A DNA stretch of 64,000 bases from Bacteroidota bacterium (lineage in GTDB: Bacteria; Bacteroidota; Bacteroidia; 2-12-FULL-35-15). A program made the translations under genes and the position numbers. The stretch lies in the NCBI GenBank assembly GCA_016707685.1, contig JADJHE010000018.1, forward strand, positions 5,447 through 69,446, given 5' to 3'. How positions within the stretch are numbered: the first letter of the stretch is position 1; each line of letters starts with the position of its first letter. Shown piece after piece: positions 31,531 to 43,144 of the stretch. The notes beneath the pieces were generated by a model, which was given only the letters and a program-made list of their open reading frames with translations, was not told the DNA's origin and did not search any database.

Positions 31531-32277
31531 TTAAGTTAACATTCCACCACAAACATTTAATGTTTGTCCTGTAATGTATGCGCTCATATCTGATGCCAAG
31601 AAAATTGTTGCATTTGCAATGTCATCAACAGATCCACCACGTTTCAATGGAATACTATCTCTCCAACCTTCAACCACTTTTGGATCTAACACTTCTGTCA
31701 TTTCGGTTTCAATAAAACCTGGAGCTATTGCATTGGAACGGATGTTACGAGAACCCAATTCAAGTGCCACTGATTTAGTGAAACCAATAATACCAGCTTT
31801 TGATGCTGCGTAGTTTGATTGTCCCGCATTTCCTTTAACACCTACAACCGAGCTCATATTTATAATAGAACCTTTGCGTTGTTTAAGCATTGGTTTTTGA
31901 ACCGCTTTTGTTAAATTGAATACCGATTTTAAATTCGCATTCATTACTTCATCCCACTGTTGCTCTGTCATACGCATTAATAATGTATCGCGAGTAATGC
32001 CAGCATTGTTAACCAATACATCCACTGTTCCAAAATCGGCAACAACTGCATTTACTAATTCTTCCGCTGCTTTAAAGTCAGCTGCATCCGAACGATATCC
32101 TTTTGCTTTTACTCCATACGCTTCTAATTCTTTAGCTAAGGCTTCACCTTTTTCAACAGATGACAGATAGGTAAATGCAACATTTGCCCCTTGTTCTGCA
32201 AATTTCAATGCAATACCTCGTCCAATACCACGAGAAGCACCTGTTATTAAAGCTACTTTTCCTTCTAATAATTTCAT
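31531..32277 (-). CDS. fabG: 3-oxoacyl-[acyl-carrier-protein] reductase
   Basis: N-terminus is MKLLEGKVALITGASRGIGRGIA. Motifs NNAGI, the S...YAASKAG catalytic triad context and GQTLNVCGGM are present. Length 248 aa. Confidence 0.9.
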   Translation of the reverse strand: MKLLEGKVALITGASRGIGRGIALKFAEQGANVAFTYLSSVEKGEALAKELEAYGVKAKGYRSDAADFKAAEELVNAVVADFGTVDVLVNNAGITRDTLLMRMTEQQWDEVMNANLKSVFNLTKAVQKPMLKQRKGSIINMSSVVGVKGNAGQSNYAASKAGIIGFTKSVALELGSRNIRSNAIAPGFIETEMTEVLDPKVVEGWRDSIPLKRGGSVDDIANATIFLASDMSAYITGQTLNVCGGMLT

Positions 32278-32445
32278 ACAATTATGTGTGTTTGGTTATG
32301 AAACAAAGATAAAAGAAATTCTAGTCATTCGGTATAAATTTAACAACCTGATTTACAATGCATTTTAATCATTTTCACAAATATTAACACTAAAACTAAC
32401 ATTATTGATAGTATTACTATTATATTTGCATAAAATAAATACAAA

Positions 32446-33129
32446 ATGAAGAATCTACTATCAAATTTTAAAATTTCAATCAACCAAAACTTGTTTATCA
32501 AAGAACCATCTTCAAGTGAATTGGGAAAAAAAATTGTTTCGAATTCAATTGAAATGATAGATGAAATTGGTTTTGAAAATTTCACATTTAGGAAACTCGG
32601 ATTAAAGATAGATTCTCCTGAGGCATCCATATATAGATATTTTGAAAGTAAAAACCAGTTGTTAGTATATATAACATCGTGGTATTGGGGTTGGATGGAA
32701 TACCGATTGGTATTAGAAACAGCAAACATTGATTCGGCAGAAACCAGGTTTGAAAAAGCAATCGCACTAATAACCACAGTAAACAATGATAAATTAATAA
32801 TCGAAGGTGTTGAGATTAGTAAATTACATAAAATCGTAATTTCCGAATCATCAAAATCATACTTAACAAAAGATGTTGACAAAGTAAATAAAGAAGGAGC
32901 TTTTCACAATTACAAGCAATTTGTTGCACGATTAGCAGACATCATCAAAGAAATTAATCCTAGCTATAAATTCCCGCACATGCTTTTATCTACAATAATA
33001 GAAGGGGCTCATTTGCAAGTGTTTTTTGCGGAGCATTTACCTCGCTTAACAAACAAACAAAAGTCATCTAATTACATCACAACATTCTATACAAATTTAG
33101 GATTACAATCAATCAAAAACAGCAAATGA
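32446..33129 (+). CDS. TetR/AcrR family transcriptional regulator
   Basis: N-terminal HTH region (SELGKKIVSNSIEMIDEIGFENFTFRKLGLKIDSPEASIYRYFESKNQL). The stop overlaps the ABC gene start (ATGA at 33126-33129). Confidence 0.75.
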   Translation: MKNLLSNFKISINQNLFIKEPSSSELGKKIVSNSIEMIDEIGFENFTFRKLGLKIDSPEASIYRYFESKNQLLVYITSWYWGWMEYRLVLETANIDSAETRFEKAIALITTVNNDKLIIEGVEISKLHKIVISESSKSYLTKDVDKVNKEGAFHNYKQFVARLADIIKEINPSYKFPHMLLSTIIEGAHLQVFFAEHLPRLTNKQKSSNYITTFYTNLGLQSIKNSK

Positions 33130-34775
33130 AAACACCCTATCAACGCTTTTGGTTATTACTAAAACCTGATAACAAAGAAATATATCAGGTATATACCTAT
33201 GCATTTTTTAAAGGAGTGATTGCGCTTTCTTTACCAATTGGGATTCAATCTATTATTAATTTAATTCAAGGTGGAAGTGTTTCTGCATCCTGGATGATAC
33301 TTGTATTTATAGTGACACTAGGAATAGCAATGGGTGGATACATGCAATTAATGCAAATGAGAATCACAGAAACCATTCAGCAAAAAATCTTTACGCGTGC
33401 TGCTTTTGATTTTACCTATCGAATTCCTAAAATAAAATTCGAAGAGATATACAAGCATTATGCACCTGAGTTAATGAACCGTTTTTTTGATGTTTTAACA
33501 TTACAAAAAAGTTTGGCTAAAATCATCATCGACTTCTCTACAGCTATTCTACAAATCATTTTCGGCTTGATACTATTATCGCTGTACCATCCATTTTTTA
33601 TTCTTTTTAGTATTCTCCTTGTAATCCTGGTATATAGCATTATTAAATTCACGACTAAAAAGGATTGGAAACTAGTCTTGATGAATCAAAATTTAAATAT
33701 AAAGTTGTTTCATGGCTAGAAGAACTGGCAAGATCAAAAGACTCCTTTAAACTTGCTGGTATAACCAATTTGCCTGAATTAAAAACAGATGAACGTGTTA
33801 CGGGTTATTTAGAATCCAGAGAAAATCATTTTCAGGTATTGAAGAAACAATACATCCTTCTTTTGTTATTCAAAATAGTTGTAGCCTTAGGTTTATTAAT
33901 CGTTGGAGGCTTATTAGTATTAGACCAACAAATGAACATTGGACAATTTGTTGCAGCAGAAATTATCATTTTATTGGTAATTGATTCATCAGAAAAAATA
34001 ATTTTAAATCTAGAGAACATATTTGATATACTTACATCATTAGAAAAACTTGGACAAGTAACTGATTTGGAATTAGACAATCAAAACGGAAAACATCTTT
34101 AAATCATGATATTAAAACACCCATTAATATTGAATTGAAAAATCTCAATTTCACTTATCCTGGAAGGTCGAAAGCTGTTTTAAAAGACATTACCTATAAT
34201 TTTGAATCGAATAAAAGCTATTGCATTTCTGGAAACAATGGTTCTGGCAAATCAACACTTATTCACCTAATAAGCGGCTTATACAAACCTCAATCAGGAA
34301 GTGTTTGTGTGAATGGCTTGCCAATTGGAAATTATAACATTTCTGAATTATACAAAGTAATTGGAAATGGCTTGGCAGAAGAATCAATATTTGAAGGAAC
34401 ACTTTTAGAAAATATTACACTTGGTAGAGATTTTATAAAATTGAAGATGTCCAATGGGCATTGAAAAAGTATTCTTATCAGAATACATGAAAGAATTACC
34501 AAAAGGATTAGATACCAATAGACACATCGGGACAAAAGTTATCAAAAAGCATCATTCAACGAATAATTATAGCAAGAAGCATCGTCAATAAACCCAAATT
34601 AATATTACTTGAAAACCATATCGATTTTATAGAAGAGGATGAGAAAAATAAAATCATCGATTTTTTAACGAGCAAAGAGAATGGCTGGACATTGATTAGT
34701 ATTTCGAATGACCACTACTTACAAAAAAAATCGGACACTATTATTTATATGAATAATGGTGAAATTTTGAAGTAA
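33126..34775 (+). CDS. ABC exporter, fused permease-ATPase; multiple frameshifts as sequenced; non-canonical Walker B and signature motifs
   Basis: The TMD ORFs are 33126..33719 and 33665..34102. The NBD runs from about 34105, with Walker A GNNGSGKST. My hand translation of 34440-34775 across 3 frames gives ..EDVQWALKK / VFLSEYMKELPKGLDT / DTSGQKLSKSIIQRIIIARSIVNKPKLILLENHIDFIEED...GEILK*. Confidence 0.75.
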
Positions 34776-34794
34776 CAATTTTAAACATAACAGA

Positions 34795-36161
34795 ATGCTT
34801 AACATAACCCATAACACAATTAAGGATAAAAAAGCCTTAGAAAACCTAAATTCCTTTCGAATATTAGCCATGCGCGTGAATAATCGTAAGCTTATAAAAA
34901 CACTTTATGGAATTGGATTAATTACACTGCTTATTCTATTTTTACCTTGGACACAAAACATTCGATCAAGCGCAAAAGTTACTGCTCTTAAGCCAAATCA
35001 ACGACCACAAACAATTCATTCAATAATAGCAGGTAGAATAGAAAAATGGTATGTACAAGAAGGGCAATTTGTAAAAATGGGAGATACCATCCTTTTCATT
35101 AGTGAAACAAAAGAAGAATACTTAGATCCGAATTTAGTTGGGAATACGGAGCAACAATTAAAATCGAAAGAATTTGCCGTTAAATCCTATATGGAAAAAG
35201 TAAGAGCGAACGACAATCAGATTGATGCAATGATTAATGCTCGTAAGTTAAAATATGAACAAGCAGAAAACAAATTGATACAAGCAAATTTAAAAGTTCA
35301 AAGCGATAGCGTAGAACTATCGGCAGCACAACTAAATTATAAAATTGCAAAAGAACAATTAATCAGGATGGAAGAGTTGTACAAAGAAGGATTGAAGTCG
35401 CTTACCGATTTAGAAACACGAAAATTAAAACTACAAGAAACACAAGCAAAAGTTATTTCTTTAGAGAATAAGTTTATTAGTAGTAAAAACGAAGTGATTA
35501 ATGCTAAAATTGAATTACAAAGTATTTATGCAGATTACAGAGATAAAATTGCAAAATCTGAATCCGAAAAATTTGCAACATTATCAAACATGTACGATGC
35601 TGAAGCAACTGTATCTAAATTACAAAACCAATTTGTTAATTACAGCATCCGCTCGGGAATGTACTACATACTTGCGCCCAAGATGGATACATCACCAAAG
35701 CGATTCAATCAGGCATAGGCGAAACAATAAAAGAAGGTGCTGAAATAATTAGCATTATGCCATCTGATTATGAATTAGCAGTAGAAATGTATGTAAATCC
35801 AATGGACATTCCTTTGCTAGAAAAAGGTCAACACGTTCAACTTCAATTTGACGGATGGCCATCCGTTATTTTCTCGGGCTGGCCTGGCATATCTTACGGA
35901 ACCTATGGAGGTCAAATTGTAGCAATCGACAATTTCATAAGTGAAAATGGGAAATACAGAGTACTTGTTGCGCATGATAAAAATTACCCTGCATGGCCAC
36001 ACGAAATAAGATTGGGAGCTGGAGCAAGTTCAATGACTTTGCTTAAAGAAGTACCAGTATGGTATGAGTTATGGCGACAAATAAATGGATTTCCACCTGA
36101 TTATTATAAAACGAATGCTAGTGACTCTAAAACAAAAAAGACGTATGAAATTAAAAAATAA
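34795..36161 (+). CDS. HlyD-family membrane-fusion (periplasmic adaptor) protein; one frameshift as sequenced
   Basis: N-terminal TM helix (LYGIGLITLLILFLPW). A long coiled coil is present (..QLKSKEFAV..LIQANLKVQSD..). The C-terminal barrel lies in ORF 35757..36161 (QLQFDGWP..G.YGGQIVAID). Confidence 0.8.
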
Positions 36162-37555
36162 ATTTAGTGCTCTTTTTATTTTATTGCTCATTGCAATTAC
36201 TAGTAATGGACAACAGGACTCTTTAACTCTATTACGTTTAGTAGATTTTTTGCAATTGGTAAAACAGCACCATCCGCTTGCCAAACAAGCAGAACTAATT
36301 ACTAAATCAGCTGATGCAACTGCATTAACAGCTAAAGGAAATTTTGATCCAAAATTGTTCTACGACTTCAGAAACAAATTCTATGATTCAAAAAACTATT
36401 ATGAGCTAGGAAATGGAGGCTTCAAAATTCCAACTTGGTTTGGACTTGAACTAAAAGGAGGATACGAACAAAACCAAGGCAGCTATTTAAATCCTGAAAA
36501 CACTGTGCCTAATCAAGGATTGGTGTACAGTCAGATTTCATTACCATTATTGCAAGGATTGATAATAGATGAACGAAGAGCAACGCTTAAACAGGCAAAA
36601 CTATTTCAAGAGTTATCGGTGTTTGATAAAATAAATACGATCAATGAATTATTATATAAAGCTGGTAAAGCCTATTGGGAATGGCAATTGACATATACAA
36701 ATCTTCAGGTACATCAAAACGCGGTGACAATCAGCCAAGAACGATTTAATGCTGTAAGAAAAACATCAGCATTAGGTGATAGACCAGCAATAGATACCGT
36801 TGAGGCTAATATTCAGTTGCAAGATCGAATCATCAACTTACAACAAGCATTAATGGATTACAGAACAAAATCCTTGCTTTTATCAAATTACTTATGGCTT
36901 GAAAATGATGTTCCAATTGAATTAACTGAAAAAACAATCCCTGAAACAGCTACAATAAACTGAAAAGGAAAACATACTCTTAACAAATGCTTTTAAAATG
37001 GATAGCTTGATAAACGCGCATCCAAATCTAAAAATGTACGACTTTAAACTTAGACAATTGACAGTAGAAAAAAAGTTGAAGCAAGATAAATTAAAACCTA
37101 GTTTGAATGTAAACTACAATCCTCTATTTAATGCCGAAAATATAAATATGGGTTATCAAAACAATTACAAATGGGGAGTAACTGTTGGATTCCCTATTCT
37201 TTTAAGAAAAGAGCGAGGTGATTTACAACTAACCAAAATAAAGATAGCAACTACAACTTATGATAACCTGAATAAAAGAAACGAGTTAATGAACAAAGTT
37301 AAATCAACAATTAATGAATACAACACCTATAAAAATCAAATAGCTATTTACAGCAAAAATGTGATTAATTACGAACGATTATGGCAATCGGAAAAACGAT
37401 TGTTTGATTCAGGGGAAAGTTCATTGTTCATGATAAATAGTCGTGAAATGAGTTATATCAATGCCCAACTTAAACTAAACGAAATAATAAATAAAAACAA
37501 AAAGGCTGCTTTAGATGCAGAATATTCATTCGGACTGCTAAATACAATCTATTAA
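36145..37555 (+). CDS. TolC-family outer-membrane efflux protein; one frameshift as sequenced
   Basis: Start MKLKNKFSALFILLLIAITSNGQ, a signal peptide. The sequence has two repeat halves typical of TolC. ORFs 36085..36963 and 36998..37555 rejoin by adding one A to run 36957-36959 (..ATIKTEKENILLTNAFKMDSLINAHPNLK..). Confidence 0.8.
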
Positions 37556-37556
37556 A

Positions 37557-38716
37557 ATGGAACAACTCGTAACATCAAATTTTAAATTAGGAATTATTGC
37601 TGGAGGACAACTAGGAAAGATGTTGGCATTGGCTGCAAGTAACTGGGATGTAAAAACATATATCCTCGACCCTGACGAACACTGCCCTGCCTCTACCATT
37701 TGTACTAATTATACAAAAGGCAATTACAATGATTATGAAACCGTATATCAGTTTGGCAAAAAAGTAGACATGCTCACGTTTGATATTGAAAATATAAATA
37801 CGGATGCCTTGCTACAATTAAAAAAAGAAGGAACAAAAATTTATCCGGAGCCAGAAATATTAAAACTGATACAAGACAAAGGATTGCAAAAGCAATTTTA
37901 TAAAGAACATTCAATCCCTAGTTCCAACTTTTCATTATACGAATCGAAAGCCGAAATAATTAAAGCGATTGAAGAGAATAAAATTCAATTTCCATTTGTA
38001 CAAAAACTTCGAACATCAGGATATGACGGCAAAGGAGTTGAAGTTATCAATTCAAGTAATGACCTCAACAAACTAATGGAAGGAAACTCATTAGTGGAAG
38101 AAAAAGTTGAAATAAAAAAAGAAGTATCTATCATTATTGCCCGAAACACAAAAGGTGAAACAAAATCTTTTCCATTGGTAGAAATGGAATTTAACCACGA
38201 AGCAAATTTAGTTGATCGATTAATTTGTCCATCAAATGAATCGGAGCCTATCCAAAAAGAAGCAACAGAATTAGCTTACAAAATAATTACAAAACTTGGA
38301 ATGACAGGAATTTTAGCAGTCGAATTTTTTATTGATAAATCGGGGAAATAGTAGTCAATGAAATTGCTCCACGTACTCACAATAGCGGACATCACACGAT
38401 TGAAAGCTGTATTACCTCACAATATGAGCAACATTTGCGTTCAATATTGGGCTTTCCATTAGGATCAACAGAAATAAAAATTCCTTCGGTTATGATTAAC
38501 CTATTGGGTGAAAAAAATGAAACAGGTTTGGTGAAATACGAAGGACTAACAGAAACGATGTCGATAGAAGGAACCAAAATCCATATTTATGGAAAAAAAG
38601 AAACGAAGCCATTCCGAAAAATGGGCCATGTAACGGTCCTCGACAAGTCAATTGAAAAAGCAAAACTAAAAGCAAAAAAAGTAAGTGAAACTCTAAAAGT
38701 AAAGTCATGGAATTAA
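37557..38716 (+). CDS. purK: 5-(carboxyamino)imidazole ribonucleotide synthase; one frameshift as sequenced
   Basis: ATP-grasp motifs ([13 protein letters not shown]; [17 protein letters not shown]). The second frame reads [40 protein letters not shown]. The frames rejoin at G-run 38342-38345. Confidence 0.9.
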
Positions 38717-39201
38717 AAAAAGTTGGAATTATAATGGGATCCGATTCGGATCTACCTATAATGATGGAAGCATCAAACGTATTAACAAAATTAAACATCC
38801 CGCATGAAGTAACGGTGGTTTCGGCACATAGAACACCTCACCGAATGATGGAATATGCTACAAATGCGCATGAACGTGGCATTGAAGTAATCATTGCTGG
38901 TGCAGGCGGAGCAGCGCATCTTCCAGGAATGATTGCATCTCTTTCTCCTCTTCCAGTAATTGGTGTTCCTATTAAATCGAGTAATTCAATCGATGGATGG
39001 GATTCCGTTTTATCCATTTTACAAATGCCAGGCGGTGTTCCAGTTGCAACCGTAGCATTGAATGGTGCAAAAAATGCAGGAATTCTTGCAGCACAAATGT
39101 TATCCATTGGCGACAAAAGCATTCGTACACTGTTGATCAATTACAAAGAAGAACTTCGATTAGAGGTAATGAAAAAAATTGAAAATATGAAAACCGTTTA
39201 A
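38707..39201 (+). CDS. purE: 5-(carboxyamino)imidazole ribonucleotide mutase
   Basis: Motifs [22 protein letters not shown]....Y...[29 protein letters not shown]. Length 164 aa. Confidence 0.95.
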   Translation: MELKKVGIIMGSDSDLPIMMEASNVLTKLNIPHEVTVVSAHRTPHRMMEYATNAHERGIEVIIAGAGGAAHLPGMIASLSPLPVIGVPIKSSNSIDGWDSVLSILQMPGGVPVATVALNGAKNAGILAAQMLSIGDKSIRTLLINYKEELRLEVMKKIENMKTV

Positions 39202-39211
39202 ATCTACAACT

Positions 39212-39526
39212 ATGATTTTATTAAACATTGCTTCGGAAAATGAGAAAACAATAGAGAAAATAGCTGAATTGTTATTGACAAAAAAATTAGCAGTTGATAT
39301 CAATTTAAAAGTAAACGTAACTCGATTAAGTATAGTTGATGACAAAATTGAAAAGCAGCCTATTTATGTGATTACAGCTAAGACAAAAGCATTGCTTTTT
39401 AACAAAATTGAAGAATTAATTAAGGAGACATTTAAAGATCAAACACCAGAACTATTTTCATTGCCCATTACTACAATGGAAATAAAACAGGCGGAAGAAA
39501 TAATCAATAACACGCAAAAAGTTTAA
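39212..39526 (+). CDS. CutA1-like (divalent-cation tolerance family) small protein, divergent
   Basis: Length 104 aa. By eye it aligns to E. coli CutA (KKLAV vs EKLAA; ITAKT vs ILKT; DQTPELFSLPI vs YQTPELLVLPV). The S.Y.W.G motif is not conserved. Confidence 0.45.
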   Translation: MILLNIASENEKTIEKIAELLLTKKLAVDINLKVNVTRLSIVDDKIEKQPIYVITAKTKALLFNKIEELIKETFKDQTPELFSLPITTMEIKQAEEIINNTQKV

Positions 39527-39527
39527 A

Positions 39528-40214
39528 ATGAAACCCAAAATTATTGCTGCTACTTTGTTAGCATTCATTTTATCGTCCTGTGCAATGATTAAACACCATC
39601 CAGGAAAGGGATATGCTACCGCATCAAAAGCTCGCTACGATGCCGTAATTATCCCTGGATTTCCTCACGATGGTAAAGAATGGAATGACGTTATTAAATT
39701 TCGTCTTTTGTGGGCATTGCATTTATATGAAAACAACCTAGCTAATTATTTCATTTTTAGTGGTGGTGCGGTTCACTCTCCCTACAACGAAGGCTATATA
39801 ATGGCGATGTATGCAGTAAAAATGGGGATTCCTAAAGAGCGTATCATAATAGAACCGAAGGCTGAACATAGCAGCGAAAACATTTACTACGGCCTACAAA
39901 TATGTGAAGAAAAAGGATTAAAGAATATTGCAATTGCAACCGACCCGATTCAAGGTTTTTTACTTACAAATTATACTGAACGAATTAGAAATACTGAAAT
40001 CGATTTTATAAATATTCAGCCAAGGAGAATTCGTTACATGAAACATTGTGATGAACCTGAAATAAACACCACATTAGCTTTTAAAGAAAATTTCATTCCT
40101 TTGAAAGAGCGAAAAAATTATTGGGAACGAAAAAAAGCAAGCCTTGGATTGCACATTGACTATGGAATGAGAATAGAAGAATACCTTAAATACACCAAAT
40201 GGTTTAAGTGGTAA
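39528..40214 (+). CDS. YdcF/DUF218 (SanA/ElyC-like) family lipoprotein
   Basis: Lipobox FILSSC. DUF218 pattern YDAVIIPGF......FIFSGG..........EG..M..Y....G.P...I..E..A..S.EN. Confidence 0.7.
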   Translation: MKPKIIAATLLAFILSSCAMIKHHPGKGYATASKARYDAVIIPGFPHDGKEWNDVIKFRLLWALHLYENNLANYFIFSGGAVHSPYNEGYIMAMYAVKMGIPKERIIIEPKAEHSSENIYYGLQICEEKGLKNIAIATDPIQGFLLTNYTERIRNTEIDFINIQPRRIRYMKHCDEPEINTTLAFKENFIPLKERKNYWERKKASLGLHIDYGMRIEEYLKYTKWFKW

Positions 40215-40249
40215 ACAATTTCTATTCCAACTATAACATTAACTATTCA

Positions 40250-41074
40250 TTAAAATCGGTAAGACATAGTTAAGTCGAGCGTACATTTAAAACGCGTATA
40301 ATCATCCAATATCGTTTCTTGACGTTTGTAGCCCACTGCCGCTTTCGCTCCAAGCAATAAATTATCTGTTAGTCCTACAAAACCGCCTAGGTGAAACATT
40401 CCTGCATAATGTGTTCCAACGTATTTAGCATAGGAATATGTTCCTATATAGTTATTCCCAACAGGAACTACCGTTTGAAAATAATTAAACTGTCCATACT
40501 CCCCCGATAATCCAACATAAAATCCACTACGTTCTGCTTTTACAGGGTAAATATTAAATTCTAAACCGGTTCCATAGATTTTATTGCGCATATAATCGGT
40601 ATTTTCCGATGTGCCATTGTAATTACTTTCATAAGGTTTACTTCCTAAACCAAATGAAATTGGAATTTTAAAGGAGAAATTTCCATTTGGCAATATATGT
40701 TCGTACGAAAAACCAAAATTAGTAAAAATGGTTTCCGAAAAATTCAAGGAAATAACATTGTGACCATATTTCTTTTCAGAGACAGTGGAAGCTGCCATTG
40801 GAGTATACATTGTTGTTGTTTCAGGTGCAGTATAGCGAGTTCCAGTAGATGTATTGTAAAACTCTTTTAGTCCATTCGTATATACAATATGATGGATATT
40901 ACTTTTCGATTCCGTTACACTAATATCCGAATTGTACATTTTAAACTTAACATCCGAATTATTGATTTCAGTTATTTTACCAACAACAATATTCCCATCA
41001 ATTTTATGAATGGTATCTTGTGCGCTTATAAATGAAACGAGCACAACCAAAAACAAGGTCAATATTTTTCTCAT
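40250..41074 (-). CDS. hypothetical outer-membrane protein (N-terminal soluble module plus beta-barrel)
   Basis: Signal peptide MRKILTLFLVVLVSFISAQ. The C-terminal half has alternating Gly/aromatic strands and ends ..LTMSYRF. Confidence 0.55.
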   Translation of the reverse strand: MRKILTLFLVVLVSFISAQDTIHKIDGNIVVGKITEINNSDVKFKMYNSDISVTESKSNIHHIVYTNGLKEFYNTSTGTRYTAPETTTMYTPMAASTVSEKKYGHNVISLNFSETIFTNFGFSYEHILPNGNFSFKIPISFGLGSKPYESNYNGTSENTDYMRNKIYGTGLEFNIYPVKAERSGFYVGLSGEYGQFNYFQTVVPVGNNYIGTYSYAKYVGTHYAGMFHLGGFVGLTDNLLLGAKAAVGYKRQETILDDYTRFKCTLDLTMSYRF

Positions 41075-41210
41075 TGCTTATAAATTAAAATTATGCAGTA
41101 TTGCACTCATAAATTTACAACTAAAAAAAAACTAATAAATGATATGCATCATAACAGCATTTTAATTCCAAACATTATTATTATATTTGAGTAAACAATA
41201 CCCATTAATC

Positions 41211-41956
41211 ATGAAAAAATCCTCTATTAGTAATTGCAATTGGAACAGCTTCATTTGCACAAGAACCTGCAAAAAAAAGAAAAAGTAAATACCTTTGAAA
41301 TCCATGCCAAAGGCTTGGCTAATTCCACTTGGTTATTTAATAAAAACATTTCGAATACTGGCGATAGTCAAGATTATGACATGGGCTGGGGATTCAATTA
41401 TGGTTTAGGCTTTGCTGCTTATTTTGGAAATGTTGGATTTGGAATTGAAGGATTGATGGGAAACCACAAAGCAGCATTTACTGGAAAATTAGAAACAAAA
41501 GTTGGTGGTGTAATTTTAAACACAACCGATTACACATCGAGCATTAATTTGAGCACCATACAAGTTCCTGTAATGTTTAAATTAAAATCAACAGGTGGTG
41601 CTTACCTGGAAGTGGGTGCACAATACAACATGATTTCAGCTGCTGATTATAAACGAACTGGAAATTATATGAATGCTGATACTGCTATTTCCGCTTCCGT
41701 TACTAAAAACTTTTCTAGTTCTTATTTCTCAGGAGTATTAGGCTTTGGTGCTGCTATTCCTTTTGGAGAAGAAAGTCCAATGGCAATTTTAGTAGGAATG
41801 CGTTTGCAATACAGCTTTACCGATTTAAAAGGTGTGGATGCATTAGGTCAGGATTTAAGTGATTCATTCATTTACAATAAATACGAACCAACATCTGCTG
41901 CAACCGGTGGATTAACTTTAGGCTTTGTATATAAGATTGGTGGGAAGAAGAAGTAA
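41211..41956 (+). CDS. outer-membrane beta-barrel (porin-family) protein; two frameshifts in A-runs near the 5' end as sequenced
   Basis: An ATG at 41211 is followed, in shifted frames, by ..LLVIAIGTASFAQEPAKK.. and then ORF 41234..41956 (KEKVNTFEIHAKGLANSTWLFN...). The shifts lie at A-runs 41214-41219 and 41272-41279. Confidence 0.65.
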
Positions 41957-41994
41957 TATCTAAGATATTAGATAACAAGATGTTAGATAAAACA

Positions 41995-42030
41995 AAAAGC
42001 TCCGAAAGAATCTTTCGGAGCTTTTTGTTT
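41995..42030. terminator. bidirectional intrinsic terminator
   Basis: The sequence is aaaaAGCTCCGAAAGaatcTTTCGGAGCTttttg, lying between convergent genes. Confidence 0.8.
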
Positions 42031-42048
42031 TTATGATAATCAATTTAA

Positions 42049-42967
42049 TTAGTCAACTCTGTTTGCATGGTGGTGAGGACTCGCTTTACGAGAATCTTCA
42101 GCCAATGCTTTTGCCATTGCTTTTCCGATATCAGCAGGAGAATCAACAACAATGATTCCGCACTCACGCATAATTTTCTTTTTTGCTTCTGCAGTATCAT
42201 CATCACCACCAACAATAGCACCAGCATGACCCATTGTACTACCTTTGGAGCTGTTTCACCTGCGATAAATCCTACAACTGGTTTACGGTTCCATCCGCTT
42301 TAACCCAACGAGCAGCATCTGCTTCTAAATTACCACCAATTTCACCAATCATGATGATACCATGTGTTTCTGAATCATTCATCAATAATTCAACTGCTTC
42401 TTTAGTAGTTGTTCCAATAATTGGATCTCCACCAATACCAATAGCTGTAGTTACTCCTAAACCAGCTTTTACAGTTTGGTCAGAAGCTTCGTATGTTAAC
42501 GTACCAGATTTAGAAACGATACCAACATTTCCTTTTTTGAAAACGAATCCTGGCATAATACCCACTTTTGCTTCATCAGCAGAAATAACACCTGGACAGT
42601 TTGGACCGATTAAACGGCAATCTTTATCTTTTAAATATTCTTTAACAGCAATCATATCCTTTACAGGAATACCTTCTGTAATACAAATGATTACTTTGAT
42701 ACCTGCTTCAGCAGATTCCATAATTGCATCAGCAGCAAATGCTGGTGGTACAAATATAATCGACACGTTTGCATCCGCTTTGTCAACCGCTTCTTTAACA
42801 GTATTAAAAACTGGTTTATCAAGATGAGTAGAACCACCTTTTCCAGGAGTAACACCACCAACTACATTGGTTCCGTACTCAATCATTTGTCCAGCATGGA
42901 AAGTTCCTTCGCTACCTGTAAAACCTTGTACAATTACTCTCGAATTTTTATTTACTAATACGCTCAT
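42049..42967 (-). CDS. sucD: succinate--CoA ligase (ADP-forming) subunit alpha; two frameshifts as sequenced
   Basis: N-terminus is [25 protein letters not shown] middle frame gives [14 protein letters not shown] and the last ORF gives [10 protein letters not shown]... One break maps to run 42244-42246 (minus strand CCAAAGG). Confidence 0.9.
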
Positions 42968-43144
42968 TTGTTTGATTGTTTGTTAATGGTTCTTAGTTAT
43001 TGTCGAATCTGTTCGGATTCATCAATTTTGCGAACGCTAAATTATAGTTTTAAGCCATTATTACAAAGGAAATTCTTTTTTTTTACTCAGATGGTTGCCA
43101 ATTAAGGGATTTAGGTTAATTTAGTCGGATAAAACGATTGCATT

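Noticed and set aside
32340-32882. 180-aa minus-strand ORF overlapping the TetR gene
   Set aside because: It overlaps a well-supported TetR regulator with a clear HTH on the other strand. Its composition is AT-rich noise (Ile/Phe/Asn/Ser) with no motifs.
42234-42827. 197-aa plus-strand ORF antisense to sucD
   Set aside because: sucD motifs on the minus strand are unambiguous. The antisense ORF is a typical long shadow frame in a less AT-rich, highly expressed gene.
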